A stretch of 64,000 nucleotides of DNA from Octopus vulgaris (taxonomy: Eukaryota), in the NCBI GenBank assembly GCA_951406725.2, contig OX597821.1, positions 76,818,001 to 76,882,000 of the forward strand. The letters are read 5' to 3'. A model generated the notes under the pieces. That model saw only the letters and a program-made list of their open reading frames with translations, had not been told where the DNA came from and made no database searches. The position numbers were made by a program, and so were the translations under genes. Below are positions 52,485 through 64,000 of this stretch, piece by piece; within the stretch, counting starts at the first letter, position 1, and each line of letters opens with the position of its first letter.

Positions 52485-53720
52485 GATGTTAAAACTTGTC
52501 TCAAAACATGAAAACATGGATGTTAAAACTTGTCTCAAAACATGAAAACAAGAAAGCATCATACTCAGTAACAAAACAGGCAAAGGAATATTTAAGTGAA
52601 TTCCGAATACAACCAATTTCGGAATTAGAGATAGATATACAAGAAACAAGCACAGAAAAAGCTAGGCGCATGAAAACCCGTGCCAAAACTGCGGCCTTAG
52701 ATATTCTGAATAATAAATGGCAAGAAAAACCTCTCTATGGCAAATACCCAAAGAGAGCGAATAATGCAGATATCGACAAAGCCCTGACCCATCAATGGCT
52801 AATGGCCTCTGGCTTAAAATCTGAAACAGAGGGGTTTATCATAGCAGCTCAAGATCAATGCCTACCAACAAGAAACTACCAGGCCAACATATTAAAGAAC
52901 GGCAGTAGCCCAACATGTCGTGTATGCCGACAACAAAATGAAACCATTGACCATGTTGTCTCCAAATGCAGTCTTCTAGCGCCTACAGAGTACCTCAGTA
53001 GGCATGATAGAGCTGCACAATATATTCACTGGGTAATTTGCAAAAACCTGGATTTGCCCCATGAAAAAAACTGGTGGGAACACAATCCACCTCCTGTGCT
53101 TGAAAATGACCACATCTCACTCCTCTGGAACTTCACCATTCAAACTGACAGGAAGATAGATGCAAATAGGCCAGACATTATATTGAAAGACTTCAGACAA
53201 AGAACATGCCTCCTCATTGATATGACTGTCCCAATCGATATAAACGTATCTGTCAAGACCTACCAAAAACTAAGCAAGTATAAAGATCTTGAAATAAAAA
53301 TCAGCAAAATGTGGAAGCTGAAGACTAAAACAATACCTGTTGTCATAGGTGCCCTGGGAATGATAGCGAAAGGGACTGATTGCTACCTAACTCAGATACC
53401 AGGAAACCCCAAAATGGCAGAAATTCAAAAGATAGTGCTCATGGGAACTGCTCATATCCTACGCAAAATACTCTCTATGTAATCCCAAGGTTTAAAACAA
53501 ACTCTTTTGTTTATTTATTTTAATTTTTTTATTTATTTATTAATTTTTTTTTTTAAATTTATTTATTTATTTTTTATTTTTATGTATTAGACATTCACTA
53601 GTACAACACAAAAAAACCCCCCCAAATATATGGCACAGAACTTCCAACCTGTTGTCTCTTGAGGTCTCTGGGTGAAACTTGGAGCCAACTTGTACAGACA
53701 TAAAGCAAAAGTCAAACATA

Positions 53721-53721
<1 letters not shown>
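52482..53721 (+). mobile_element. 5'-truncated R4/Dong-clade RLE retrotransposon (family 1) in (TAA)n
   Basis: ORF 52496..53482 has a CCHC knuckle CRVC..ETIDHVVSKC, RHD, the restriction-like endonuclease motifs NRPDII..LIDMTVP..K..KYKDL, and GTAHILRKIL. Flanked by (TAA)n on both sides. Confidence 0.9.
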
Positions 53722-53791
<70 letters not shown>

Positions 53792-53800
53792 GTAATAATA

Positions 53801-55657
53801 AATGGCAAACAGTGCTACAGCTCCAAACAAAAGAGGGACTTGTGAAAACCAAAGCCATCCCCATAAGAAGAGCAATATTCCAGGGAGATACGCTCTCTCC
53901 ACTCCTTTTCTGCTTGGCACTGTCACTTCTATTGGATATGCTAAACAGAACTGGATGCGGATATAAATGTTACAACAAAACGATCAGCCACCTTTTATAT
54001 ATGGATGACCTAAGACTATATGCTACAAATGACAAACAGCTGGAAACACTACTAAAGACAGTTCATGGATTTACCAAAGAAATAGATATGAAATTTGGAT
54101 TAGAGAAATGCGCCAAAGTAAACCTGAAAAGAGGAAAACTAGTTAAGAGTAGCAACATCACACTAGATAAAACCAATGAAATAAAAGAATTAGACCAAAG
54201 CCAAACTTACAAATACTTAGGAATCCATGAACTAGATAAGACACAACACCAACAAATGAAAGAGAAAATAAAAAAAAAGAATATTATAGACGAGTTAGAT
54301 CAATACTGAAAACAGAGCTCAATGCTAAAAACAAGATAATAGGTATCAACACTTTAGCCGTCCCAGTTATAAGTTACAGCTACAATATCCTCAACTGGAC
54401 ACGAAATGAACTGACCAAAATAGATAAGTAAACAAGAAAAATAATGACAGGATCTAGGATGCATCACCCAAAATCTGACATAGAAAGGCTATATATACAA
54501 CGTATAGAAGGTGGTAGAGGCCTTATACAGCTGGAAAACTACTATAAAATAACCACCATAGGACTGCAAAAATATCTACTTCAGAAGGAAGAAAAACTGA
54601 TACAAATAGCGGCAAAACACGAGCAAAACAAAAAACTGTTCTCAGTATTTAAGGAAGCTGACAAATACAAACAAGAAATCATACCACCTAACAAATATGA
54701 AGAAGAAGAAGAAGATGAAGAAACAACAAAAGCTATAAAACAAATGAAATCCAAACTAAAAATAGAACAGCAACGAACCATGATAAAACGATGGCAAGAA
54801 AAGCCCCTTCATGGCAAATACTGGACTAACCTAAATGCAAAAGAAATAGACAAAGAAAAATCCCAACAATGGTTGAGAAGCTCAGGACTCAAAGCAGAGA
54901 CAGAAGGATTTTTAATTGCAGCACAAGACCAAAGCCTCCCCACCAGAAATTACCAAAAACATGTAAAGAAAAGAAATATAACAAGTAACTGCAGAATATG
55001 TGGAGATGGACAAGAAACAATAAATCATATTATCTCTGGCTGCCCTGTCCTGGCTAAGAAGGAATATATTCACAGACACGACAGAGCTGGGACCTATATA
55101 CACTGGAAACTATGCCAACATTATGGAATAACAACAGAAAAAAGATGGTATAGGCACACACCAGAAAAGGTCACAGAAAACGAGAAAGCAGCCATACTCT
55201 GGGATATGCCAAAACACACAGAGAGAGAAATTAAGGCCAACAGACCAGATATAGTTGTCAGAGATCATGAAGAAAAATAATGTTTTCTAATTGATGTATC
55301 AATACCAGCGGATGACAACGTGTCTCTAAAAGAAATGGAGAAACTTTCAATATACAAAGACCTGGAAATAGAGGTAACCAGAATGTGGAATCTAAAAACA
55401 GAAACAATTCCTATCATAATAGGTGCTTTAGGCATGATAAAAAAATATTCAGACAAATACATAACAAAAACACCAGGACTTACAAACACATATAACATAC
55501 AAAAAATTGCACTACTAGGCACTGCACACATCCTACGCAGAACACTTTCCATACAATAACCATCAGAGCATCACAACAAATCACAGCACATAGCCAAGGC
55601 ACACAGAGCTGTGCTCGGTAGTGAAGTGAAAGCACGATATAAAAAATATACTACTGA
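53801..55657 (+). mobile_element. 5'-truncated R4/Dong-clade RLE retrotransposon (family 2), disrupted
   Basis: RT motifs IFQGDTLSPLLF, HLLYMDD, YKYLG (53812..54309), then GGRGL, CRICG..HIISGC, RHD, RPDIV and GTAHILRRTL. Contains a frameshift and stops. TAA flanks. Confidence 0.9.
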
Positions 55658-55857
55658 ATAATAATGATGATGACGATGACGATGACGATGATGACGACGA
55701 CGACGACGACGACGCTTGGAGCCTCCCGAATACTCCGGATGGTGCTCGAAAAATAACGGGTGCTACCTTAGTTCACTGGTAGTGAACAGCTGACACCGTA
55801 TTACATCTCCAGCGTTAGAAGCTGTGCAAAGACTATAAAATAATGATGATGATGATA

Positions 55858-56410
55858 AATGCCCTGATGCAGTACCAGGCAGTGGCTCTCATGGCTTCTG
55901 GCCTTAACTGATTGGAAGTGTTATCATGTACATTGTTTTGTCTTGGTATAAAAGATGGGCTACAGCAAATATTCTGCTCAATACCACAGATTTGCTTGTC
56001 AGTTGTTTGACCATAACCAGTTGAGCATGTCCCTTAGTGGCTGATATGTGCATCTCTTATCACGAGTTGAAGTAGTGGGGGAGCATTATAGCCATGTGTT
56101 GAGAGGTATTTTTTGGGTTTGAATAATTCACCTCTGGAAACATGGGTGGTTCGTTCAACATCTTTAAACAACCCTTATTCAGGGACCTTTTGAGCGGGAT
56201 GGGCTACACAACCAAAATAAAATTCTAACTGGGCCCCACCTGCAAACTCATGCACTGTTTATTTTGATATGAGATCGCCATGTCACGCACATATGGTTGT
56301 GATGCATGTGCCTAGTGTACCCTTATCAGACGGGTAGTCATGATGGGTGTACTGGGCTTTGTATATTTTACCCCAGTGTCTCTTTGATGGCATGCACTGC
56401 TCTCTCACTC
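55858..56410 (+). mobile_element. Longest copy of the TAA-associated non-coding retroposon
   Basis: Matches 11927-12437 with ~50 bp of extra 5' sequence. Confidence 0.8.
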
Positions 56411-57051
56411 AATAACAACAACAATGACAATAATAATGATGGTGCTGTTGATGGCAGCAGTAGCAGTAATAGTAGTAGTAATAGTAGCAGTAGTAGTAGT
56501 AGTAATAGTAGTAGTAGTAGCAGTGGTGGTGGTAGTGGTAATAGTAGTGGTGGTGGTGGTAGTAGTAATAGAAGTAGTAGTAGTGTTGGTGGTGGTGGTG
56601 GTAGCAGTAGTATTAGTAGTAATGGTAGTAGTAGCAGTAGTAGTAGTGGTGGCGGTGGTGGTAGTAGTAGTGGTAGTAGTAGCAGCAGTAGCAGCTGCAA
56701 GACAATACTAATAGCTTCATCGTTATCATTATGGTAATATACTGATGATCACGATAGTCTTGTTGAAGGTGGTGGTGGTGGTGGTGACAATGACGATGAT
56801 GATGATAGTGTTGATGATTATGGATTTGATGATGATAATGATGATGATAAAGACGACAACGACGACTACAGTGATGATGCTGATGATGCTGACGATATTA
56901 ATATTGCAGTTGACTAGATCGTTCAAGTGCGACTTTCACCGTGAACTGACAGCAACACATGGTCCCAGACACAACCCCCCTGTCACCTCACCTTCCTCCT
57001 TTACTTCTTCTTTTGTTTTTGTTTTTCTTTTTCCATCACTTATATTATATA

Positions 57052-57105
<54 letters not shown>

Positions 57106-57802
57106 ACGATCTTTTTTGTCATAAAGAAACAGCTGTCAGAAACAAAAGGAAAAAGCAAAACAAAACAAAACAAAGACACCAACAAAATGAAGAGAAAAAC
57201 CCAACAAAACAAACTGAAAAAAAAACATAATAAAGCAAAACAAAATAGAGAGAAACCGTTAAAAGGGGGGATGAAAACGGCAAAAACTCAAACAAAAGGT
57301 AACCATAAGTCTAGATATAAATTGAGTGGGGAGGGGCGCAGGAAGGCGCAGCCATGATGTATTAGTCTTTTGTTTTTTCCTTTTATGTTTTTTGGTTCTA
57401 TGTTTTGTTTTTGTTTGTGATGTTGTTTAAATCTTCATTTGTGTTATATACTTCGTTCATCATCATTTATAATCATCTTACGAGGGCCCACACAATTCAC
57501 CCGGCGTACGGTTATCTCTTGCTGGGTTTAAAGAGAACAGACACACAACTAATGTCTTAGACGTGTGTGTGTGTGTGTGTGTGTGTGTGCATAAACATAG
57601 GCTTTTATATATACGAGCTTTTTGTATATATATGTACACATACATAGCTATACACATATATATATATATATATGAATATATACATATATGTATATATATA
57701 TATAAATGTATGTAAATATATGTGTGTGTATATGTATATATGTATATGTGTGTATATGTACATATATATATATATACACATATATATATATGTATACATA
57801 CT

Positions 57803-58206
57803 CTCTTTTACTTGTTTCAGTCATTTGACTGTGACCATGCTGGAGCACCGCCTTTTAGTCGAGCAAATCGACTCCCAGGGCTATTCTTTGTAAGCCTAGT
57901 ACTTATTCTATCGGTCTCTTTTGCCGAACCGCTAAGTTACGGTGACGCAAACACACCAGCATCGGTTATCAAGCGATGTTGGGGGGACAGACACAGACAC
58001 ACAAACACACACATACACACATATATATATATACATATATATACGACTGGCCTCTTTCAGTTTCCGTCAACCAAATCCACTCACAAGGCTTTGGTCGGCT
58101 CGAGGCCATTGTAGAAGACACTTGCCCAAGGTGCCACGCAGTTGGTCTGAAACCGGAACCATGTGGCTGGTAAGCAAGCTACATACCAGACAGCCACTAC
58201 TGCGCC
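57803..58206 (-). mobile_element. SINE family A
   Basis: Full-length reverse complement. Confidence 0.85.
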
Positions 58207-58536
58207 TATATATATATATATATAAATATAAATAATAATTAAGAGCGTCAGAAGCAGAATTCATTCCAGAAGGCAATCTTTATATCCAACTTAACGTAGA
58301 TGTTTTCTTAGAAAACCGCAAACTGCACTATTTACCGTAACAGGATTTCTCATATGGACTCGTGGTGCCTAAAAGCACCGTGAGTCCATATCATTGACAG
58401 ACGAGAATCATCTTCTACGGGCGCCCGTATATACGTACATGAATATATGCATAGGCCCGCTTACACATACACATGCGCTCGCGCAGACACACATGCACAT
58501 GTATGTATGTATGTATGCATACATGCATGCATGCAT

Positions 58537-58586
<50 letters not shown>

Positions 58587-58938
58587 GTACATGCGTGTGT
58601 ATGTATGTGTGTGTGTGTGTATGTGTGTGTGTGTATGTGTATGTGTGTGGGGGCGTGTGTTCAAAAATGCTTGAGGCATATTGAAACTCGTAAGAAAGCC
58701 GTCCACTATATTTTTTTCATAGACAAATAGATGTAAACACACGAAGTCGATTCGAAAAGCCCTCTAATAAGACTGATGAATGGATGCATTTCGGAGTGGT
58801 GACCTCCTCTGAAGTATCGGATACCAGAAAGGGAACGCTACGAACTGACAAAGAGGTAGATATATCCATATATACATACATACATACATACATATGTATA
58901 TGTATATATATCTATCTATCTATCTATCTATATATATG

Positions 58939-59009
<71 letters not shown>

Positions 59010-59852
59010 AGTATAATAAGTGTAGGTGGTATACGAGTGGGTATATATTTATAAAAAAGAAGTTTGAAAACGCCACTATATAAGATAAATTTTGATTTTC
59101 TTAGAAATTTTACGTTTCGGTTCTTCTTGAAAAAACGAACCTTATCAAAAATATTTTTAAAAGTTAAGTGTAATAAAAAAGTTCATAATTGTTTCTTACT
59201 AGTCTCAACAGAGTCCACGTGGTGGTATTTTGTGGGGGAGAGCATAATAGCTGTCTTGTGTGTTGACTAAAGTTGGGAAAATGATCAGATATAGATATAG
59301 ATGTAGATATATATAAAGCACGATTTATTCGTGATCAGAGGCGTTCGTAAACCGTGGTACTACTGTACTTTGATTTTTGTCTCTAACGAATCCGTCAGCT
59401 CGCTGCCTAAAATTGCCAATATTGAGAAAACAAGCATAAAACTGGAAGCGGGGGTGAGGGTCGGGGTTTTGAGTAGTTGTTGTTTCCAATGTTTATGATA
59501 ATGCTGCTGTCATACCAGGTCAACTGTCAGATGTTCAACAAAGAAGAACTCAACAAAAATCGCAACCTCGTATTTACAAAGTGTCACAACATAGTTTGAA
59601 CTGTACATGTCTTCGTGCTGCAAGTCAGGAAACAAAATTAGGATCCTTTTGGTATGATCTGAAGCATTTTTAGAACTTTTCTGCTCATTCAACAACGCTA
59701 TTGCACAAGTTGCTGCTGGAGCTTAAGAATTCTGTCAAGAGTAAATCACAGAGAAGGGACTGCAAAAACTGTACAAGAAAGAATGGTTAAGCAAGAATGG
59801 CATCAATGCTGAGATGAAACCTGGTGCGCATAATATTTTATAGCGTATAAAG

Positions 59853-60245
59853 CAGCGAGCTGGCAGAATCGTTACCGTGCAGGGCAAAATGCTAAGCGGT
59901 ATTTCGTCTGCCGTTACGTTTTAAGTTCAAATTCCGCCGAGGTCGACTTTGTCTTTCATCCTTTCGGGGTCGATTAGATAAGTACCTGTTACGCACTGGG
60001 GTCGATATAATCGACTTAATCTGTTTGTCTGTCCTTGTTTGTCCTCTCTGTGTTTAGCCCCTTGTGGGTAATAAAGAAATAGGTATTTCGTCTACCGCTA
60101 CGTTCTAAATTCAGATTCCGCCGAGGTCGATTTTGCCTTTCAATCTTTCGGGGTCGATGAAATAAATACCAGTTGAATACTGGGGTCAATGTGATCATCT
60201 TACTACCTTTACCGAAATTTCAGGCTTTGTATCAAAATTTGAAAT
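59853..60245 (+). mobile_element. Dimeric SINE family B
   Basis: Same dimer junction. Confidence 0.75.
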
Positions 60246-60737
60246 TAATATTTTAAAGCGCATGCTTGCAATTTTCTTGTGCTTTTGCGTTTTTGGAGAA
60301 ATTGTCTGTAAAAACAGTGAATTTTAGAGAAGCAATTGCTGATTTCAATGCTTTGAAAGATAAATGGATGGAATCACATGAAAATTCCCGAGAGGAGCCT
60401 ATAAAGAATATGAAACATAAGACCTAACCGTTGAAGGAAGAAAACAACTACACAAAATGGACCACAACATGATACGAACTCGGAACAAAGTATTGCAACT
60501 AAGCAGTGTTGGCCATATTTTCGGAAACTCTACCGATTCTGCCAATCCATATCATACCATTGTGTTGGTTCCAGTATGGTTTATGTTAATTTATGTTAAT
60601 TTATGTTCCACGTTTACAATATATTTTTCTAATTCCAAGATCTTACAAATTCCATATAAACTCGCTTCTTTCATTTTTGAGAAGATTAGTCTTTCATCTG
60701 CATTGCTTAGATGTATGACTAATACTAGACGGTAGTG

Positions 60738-60799
<62 letters not shown>

Positions 60800-61430
60800 G
60801 GTGGTGGTGATGGTGGTGGTATTAGTAGTAGTAGTAGTAGTTGTTGTTGTTGTTGTTGTTGGTAGAGGTGGTGTTTTGCTCCAGCTCAGACATGATCAAT
60901 TGAACTTATGACCAAAAGCATTTCGACCGATATCACCCCCACCTTCTTGGCATGGATTACGTGTTCTAGACTACTCTCACCATCCAATGTGGCCTTTCTG
61001 ATTTTTCAAGACAGTAAGGTATAATCTGAAGGTAGTTTGACAGCTGCCCCTTTAGCACATATTTTTATCCCTATTCGTGGTACTCCGTCGGTTACGACGT
61101 CGAAGGTTCCAGTTGACCCGATCAACGGAACAGCCTGCTCCTGAAAATAACGCGCAAGTGGCTGAGCACTCCACAGACACGTGTACCCTTAACGTAGTCC
61201 TCGGGGAGATTTACTGTGACACAGCGCGTGAGAAGGCCGGCCCTTTGAAATACAGGTATAACAGAAACGCAGGCGCAGGTTTTGGCGTGGTAAGTAGCTT
61301 GCTTACCAACAACATGGCTCCGGGTTCAATCCCACTGCTTGGCACCTTGGGCAAGTGTCTTCTACTATAGCGTTGGGCCGACCAAAGCCTTGTGGGTGGA
61401 TTTGGCGACGGAAACTGAAAGAAGCCCGTC

Positions 61431-61499
<69 letters not shown>

Positions 61500-61932
61500 C
61501 GTAGGAGTGGCTGTATGGTAAGTTGCTTGCTTGCCCGCGCATGCATGTTGGTGTTTTGCTTCAACACTTGAACAAGGAGGACATGAGCTAATGCGCTCCG
61601 TCCAAAAACTGAAAATTAAGAAGTCCGTCGAGGTAGGTGATTTTGTTTGTTTTGAACTGGGCGTGATTTATTGTTTTGAAATTTCGCCCAGCTCTGGGCC
61701 AATTTCGCCTGCTCTTGGCGGCTATTGTAATTTTTTTCTTGTTGAAAAAATGTTGGGGGCGTATCCCCGACTAAAAATTGAAGTGTGTCCCAGTCATTGA
61801 AATTTTTTGTGGCCCATTGTGGCGAAGATTTGTTTTTTTTTTCGTAAACTTTCCCTATATATATATATATATATATATCTTTTACTCTTTTACTTGTTTC
61901 AGCCATCCGGCTGAGGCCATGCTGGGGCACCG

Positions 61933-61973
<41 letters not shown>

Positions 61974-63062
61974 CGCTCTTATTAAATATATAAATACTTT
62001 AATAGTATTAATACTTTGATACAATAGAGCACTCAATATAAATTCAGTATATAATATTCTCATTGAATATATTTAACTAAGACGGGCTTCTTTCAGTTTC
62101 CGTCTACCAACTCCACTCTCATGGATTTGATCGGTCCGAGGCTTTTGTACAAGACACTTGCCCAAGGTGCCATGCAGAGGGACTGAACCCAGAACCGTGT
62201 AGTTGGGAAGTAAGCTTCGTACCACACAGCCACGCCTGCGCCTATTTATCTTTTTTATTATTATTTAGCTTAGAATTTTGCTTAGACTGAAATAATTACT
62301 TGTTGCTTAAGCACAAAGCTACGCATTTACCTGAGGAATGAATCAACTCGTGAATCAACGTTCGCACTCGTTGACTTGTGTTGAAGACCGTCCAGCGGGT
62401 ATTAAGGGTGAGCTGTAAAAGTTTACCTCTTACGGCATGCGTTCTGCTTAGTGTTTAAGAAGGTAATGGAGAAAAAGTAAAAAAAGATTATAAATAAATA
62501 AATAAAATACAACAAAAGTGGGTGACGGAGGGGAGGACGTTGCAAGGACAAATTACAAAGCGGTGGGGATTTTAAACGGTGTGTGGGAATCAGGCATAAA
62601 CTACAACAACAACTGCAATGATGACGACGACGACGGCGATGACGACATCTTCATCATACAACGAAATGAAATGGTCAACAACGAAACGAGCAACGATAAC
62701 AACTAAAACACTCGCCACTGATCAATATTAATGACTTCTCAGTTATTTGGTGAATTCTGAGACAATTTCTTTCTCAATTAGTAAACATGAATTATAAGGA
62801 AAAACATCCAAATATTTAGTTTTAGACAATAACATCTGTTATAATCTATCGCTATGCAGAATATGCAGTAAGCGTTATCAGTCGCTTTGGTTCTTATTTA
62901 CTTATTATTGTTGCTTAGCCTCATATGATGCCCTGATCTAATAGACCCGGGATCGATGGCATTTATGATCATTTTGTCGTGATTAAGGTATTGTGTAATG
63001 CATATTTAGAACCACATTATCTAATGCCTTGTTTTAAATACAGAAAGGTATTATTTTAAGGA

Positions 63063-63320
63063 TGGAGGCGCGTGGCTTAGTGGTTAGGGTGTCAACATCA
63101 TGGTCGTAAGATTGTGGGTTCGATTCCTGGACCGGGTGACCGGGCGACGCGTTGTGTTCTTGAGCATAACACTTCATTTCACGTTGCTCCAGTCCACTCA
63201 GCTGGCAAAAATAAGTAACGTTGCGATGGACTGGCGTCCCGTCCAACTGGGGAACACATACGCCATTAAAACCAGGAAACCGGGCCCATGAGCTTGGCTA
63301 GGCTTTAAAAGGGCGCATTA
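63063..63320 (+). mobile_element. tRNA-derived SINE family C
   Basis: A box tggcttagtgg, B box ggttcgattcc, then gtgttcttgagcataacactt...ctccagtccactcagctg. Related heads at 33695, 35017 and 31405(-). Confidence 0.7.
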
Positions 63321-64000
63321 TTTATTTTTATCATTTTTAGGAGATTCGATTGCTGTTTCTAATTAAGTCAATTCTTCCTCGCCTTCCAAAGACAATAAAA
63401 AAAAAGAAAATGTGGCTTTGTTAGAAAGTTAGAAATCGACATTCCACCCCACTCTACCCACTGAACACTAAGGTGGTGAGCTGACAAAATCGCTAGCACA
63501 CCAGACAAAATGCTTAGCGGCGTTTGTCCGTCTTTACGTTCTGAATTCAAATGTTGCCGAGATCGATTTTGCCTTTTATCTTTTGGGGATCGATGAAATA
63601 AGCACCAGTTGAGTACTGGGGTCGATGAAATCAAACAGCTCTCTCCTCCAAAATTTCAGGCCTTGTGCCATATTAGAAATGATTATTATTTAGGTGGCGA
63701 GTTGGCAGAATCGGTTGAGCATCGAATAAAAATGTTTAGTGGGGTTTCTTCCGATTCTTTTCGTCTTGAGTTCAAATTCTGCCGATGTCAACTTGGCCTT
63801 TTATCCTTTTCGGAATCGATGTAATAAATACTAGTCAATTACTGGGGTCGATGTAATCAACTAGCCCCATTTCCTCAAAATTGCTGGCCTTGTTTCAAAA
63901 TTAGAAAGAATTAATCGGACGAGATCGTAAAGTTTTCTCGCTGGTTAATCCAACGAATGGATTGTGAACGTTTTGTCAATTTTTGAATAACTACTCAAAT

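Noticed and set aside
59500-59830. Degenerate Tc1/IS630-like transposase C-terminus (..FWYDLKHF..)
   Set aside because: Too decayed to support without a profile search.
63063-63135. tRNA genes (also 33695, 35017, 31330-31405)
   Set aside because: A and B boxes are present, but they continue into SINE bodies and I could not fold a full cloverleaf.

Overview
AT-rich, microsatellite-dense animal genomic DNA, most likely a coleoid cephalopod (Octopus-like, inferred from the SINE families and repeat landscape). One host gene is supported: a vestigial/VGLL-family TEAD cofactor on the minus strand. Its coding exon 1 is at 10421-10498 and its Tondu-domain exon 2 at 8495-8981; later exons were not found in this window. 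A putative TATA promoter lies near 11280, directly abutting an array of 9-10 copies of a ~70-bp unit separated by variable (ATA)n spacers. The unit matches the 3' end of a TAA-associated retroposon and carries a TCF/LEF-type CTTTGAT site. Segment 10584-17149 is repeated at 17250-24133 across a 100-N gap, probably two haplotypes stacked by the assembler. The rest is mobile DNA: a young 5'-truncated CR1/L2-group LINE whose 3' end is shared with the commonest SINE, up to five co-oriented R4/Dong-type RLE retrotransposon pieces stacked in one (TAA)n tract, Chapaev3-like, IR/DR Tc1 and hAT relics, MITEs, Helitron-like elements, a ~670-bp palindrome built on (TA)n, and degenerate hammerhead-ribozyme-like motifs. 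Most listed ORFs are microsatellite translations. Family names come from motif recall, not database searches.
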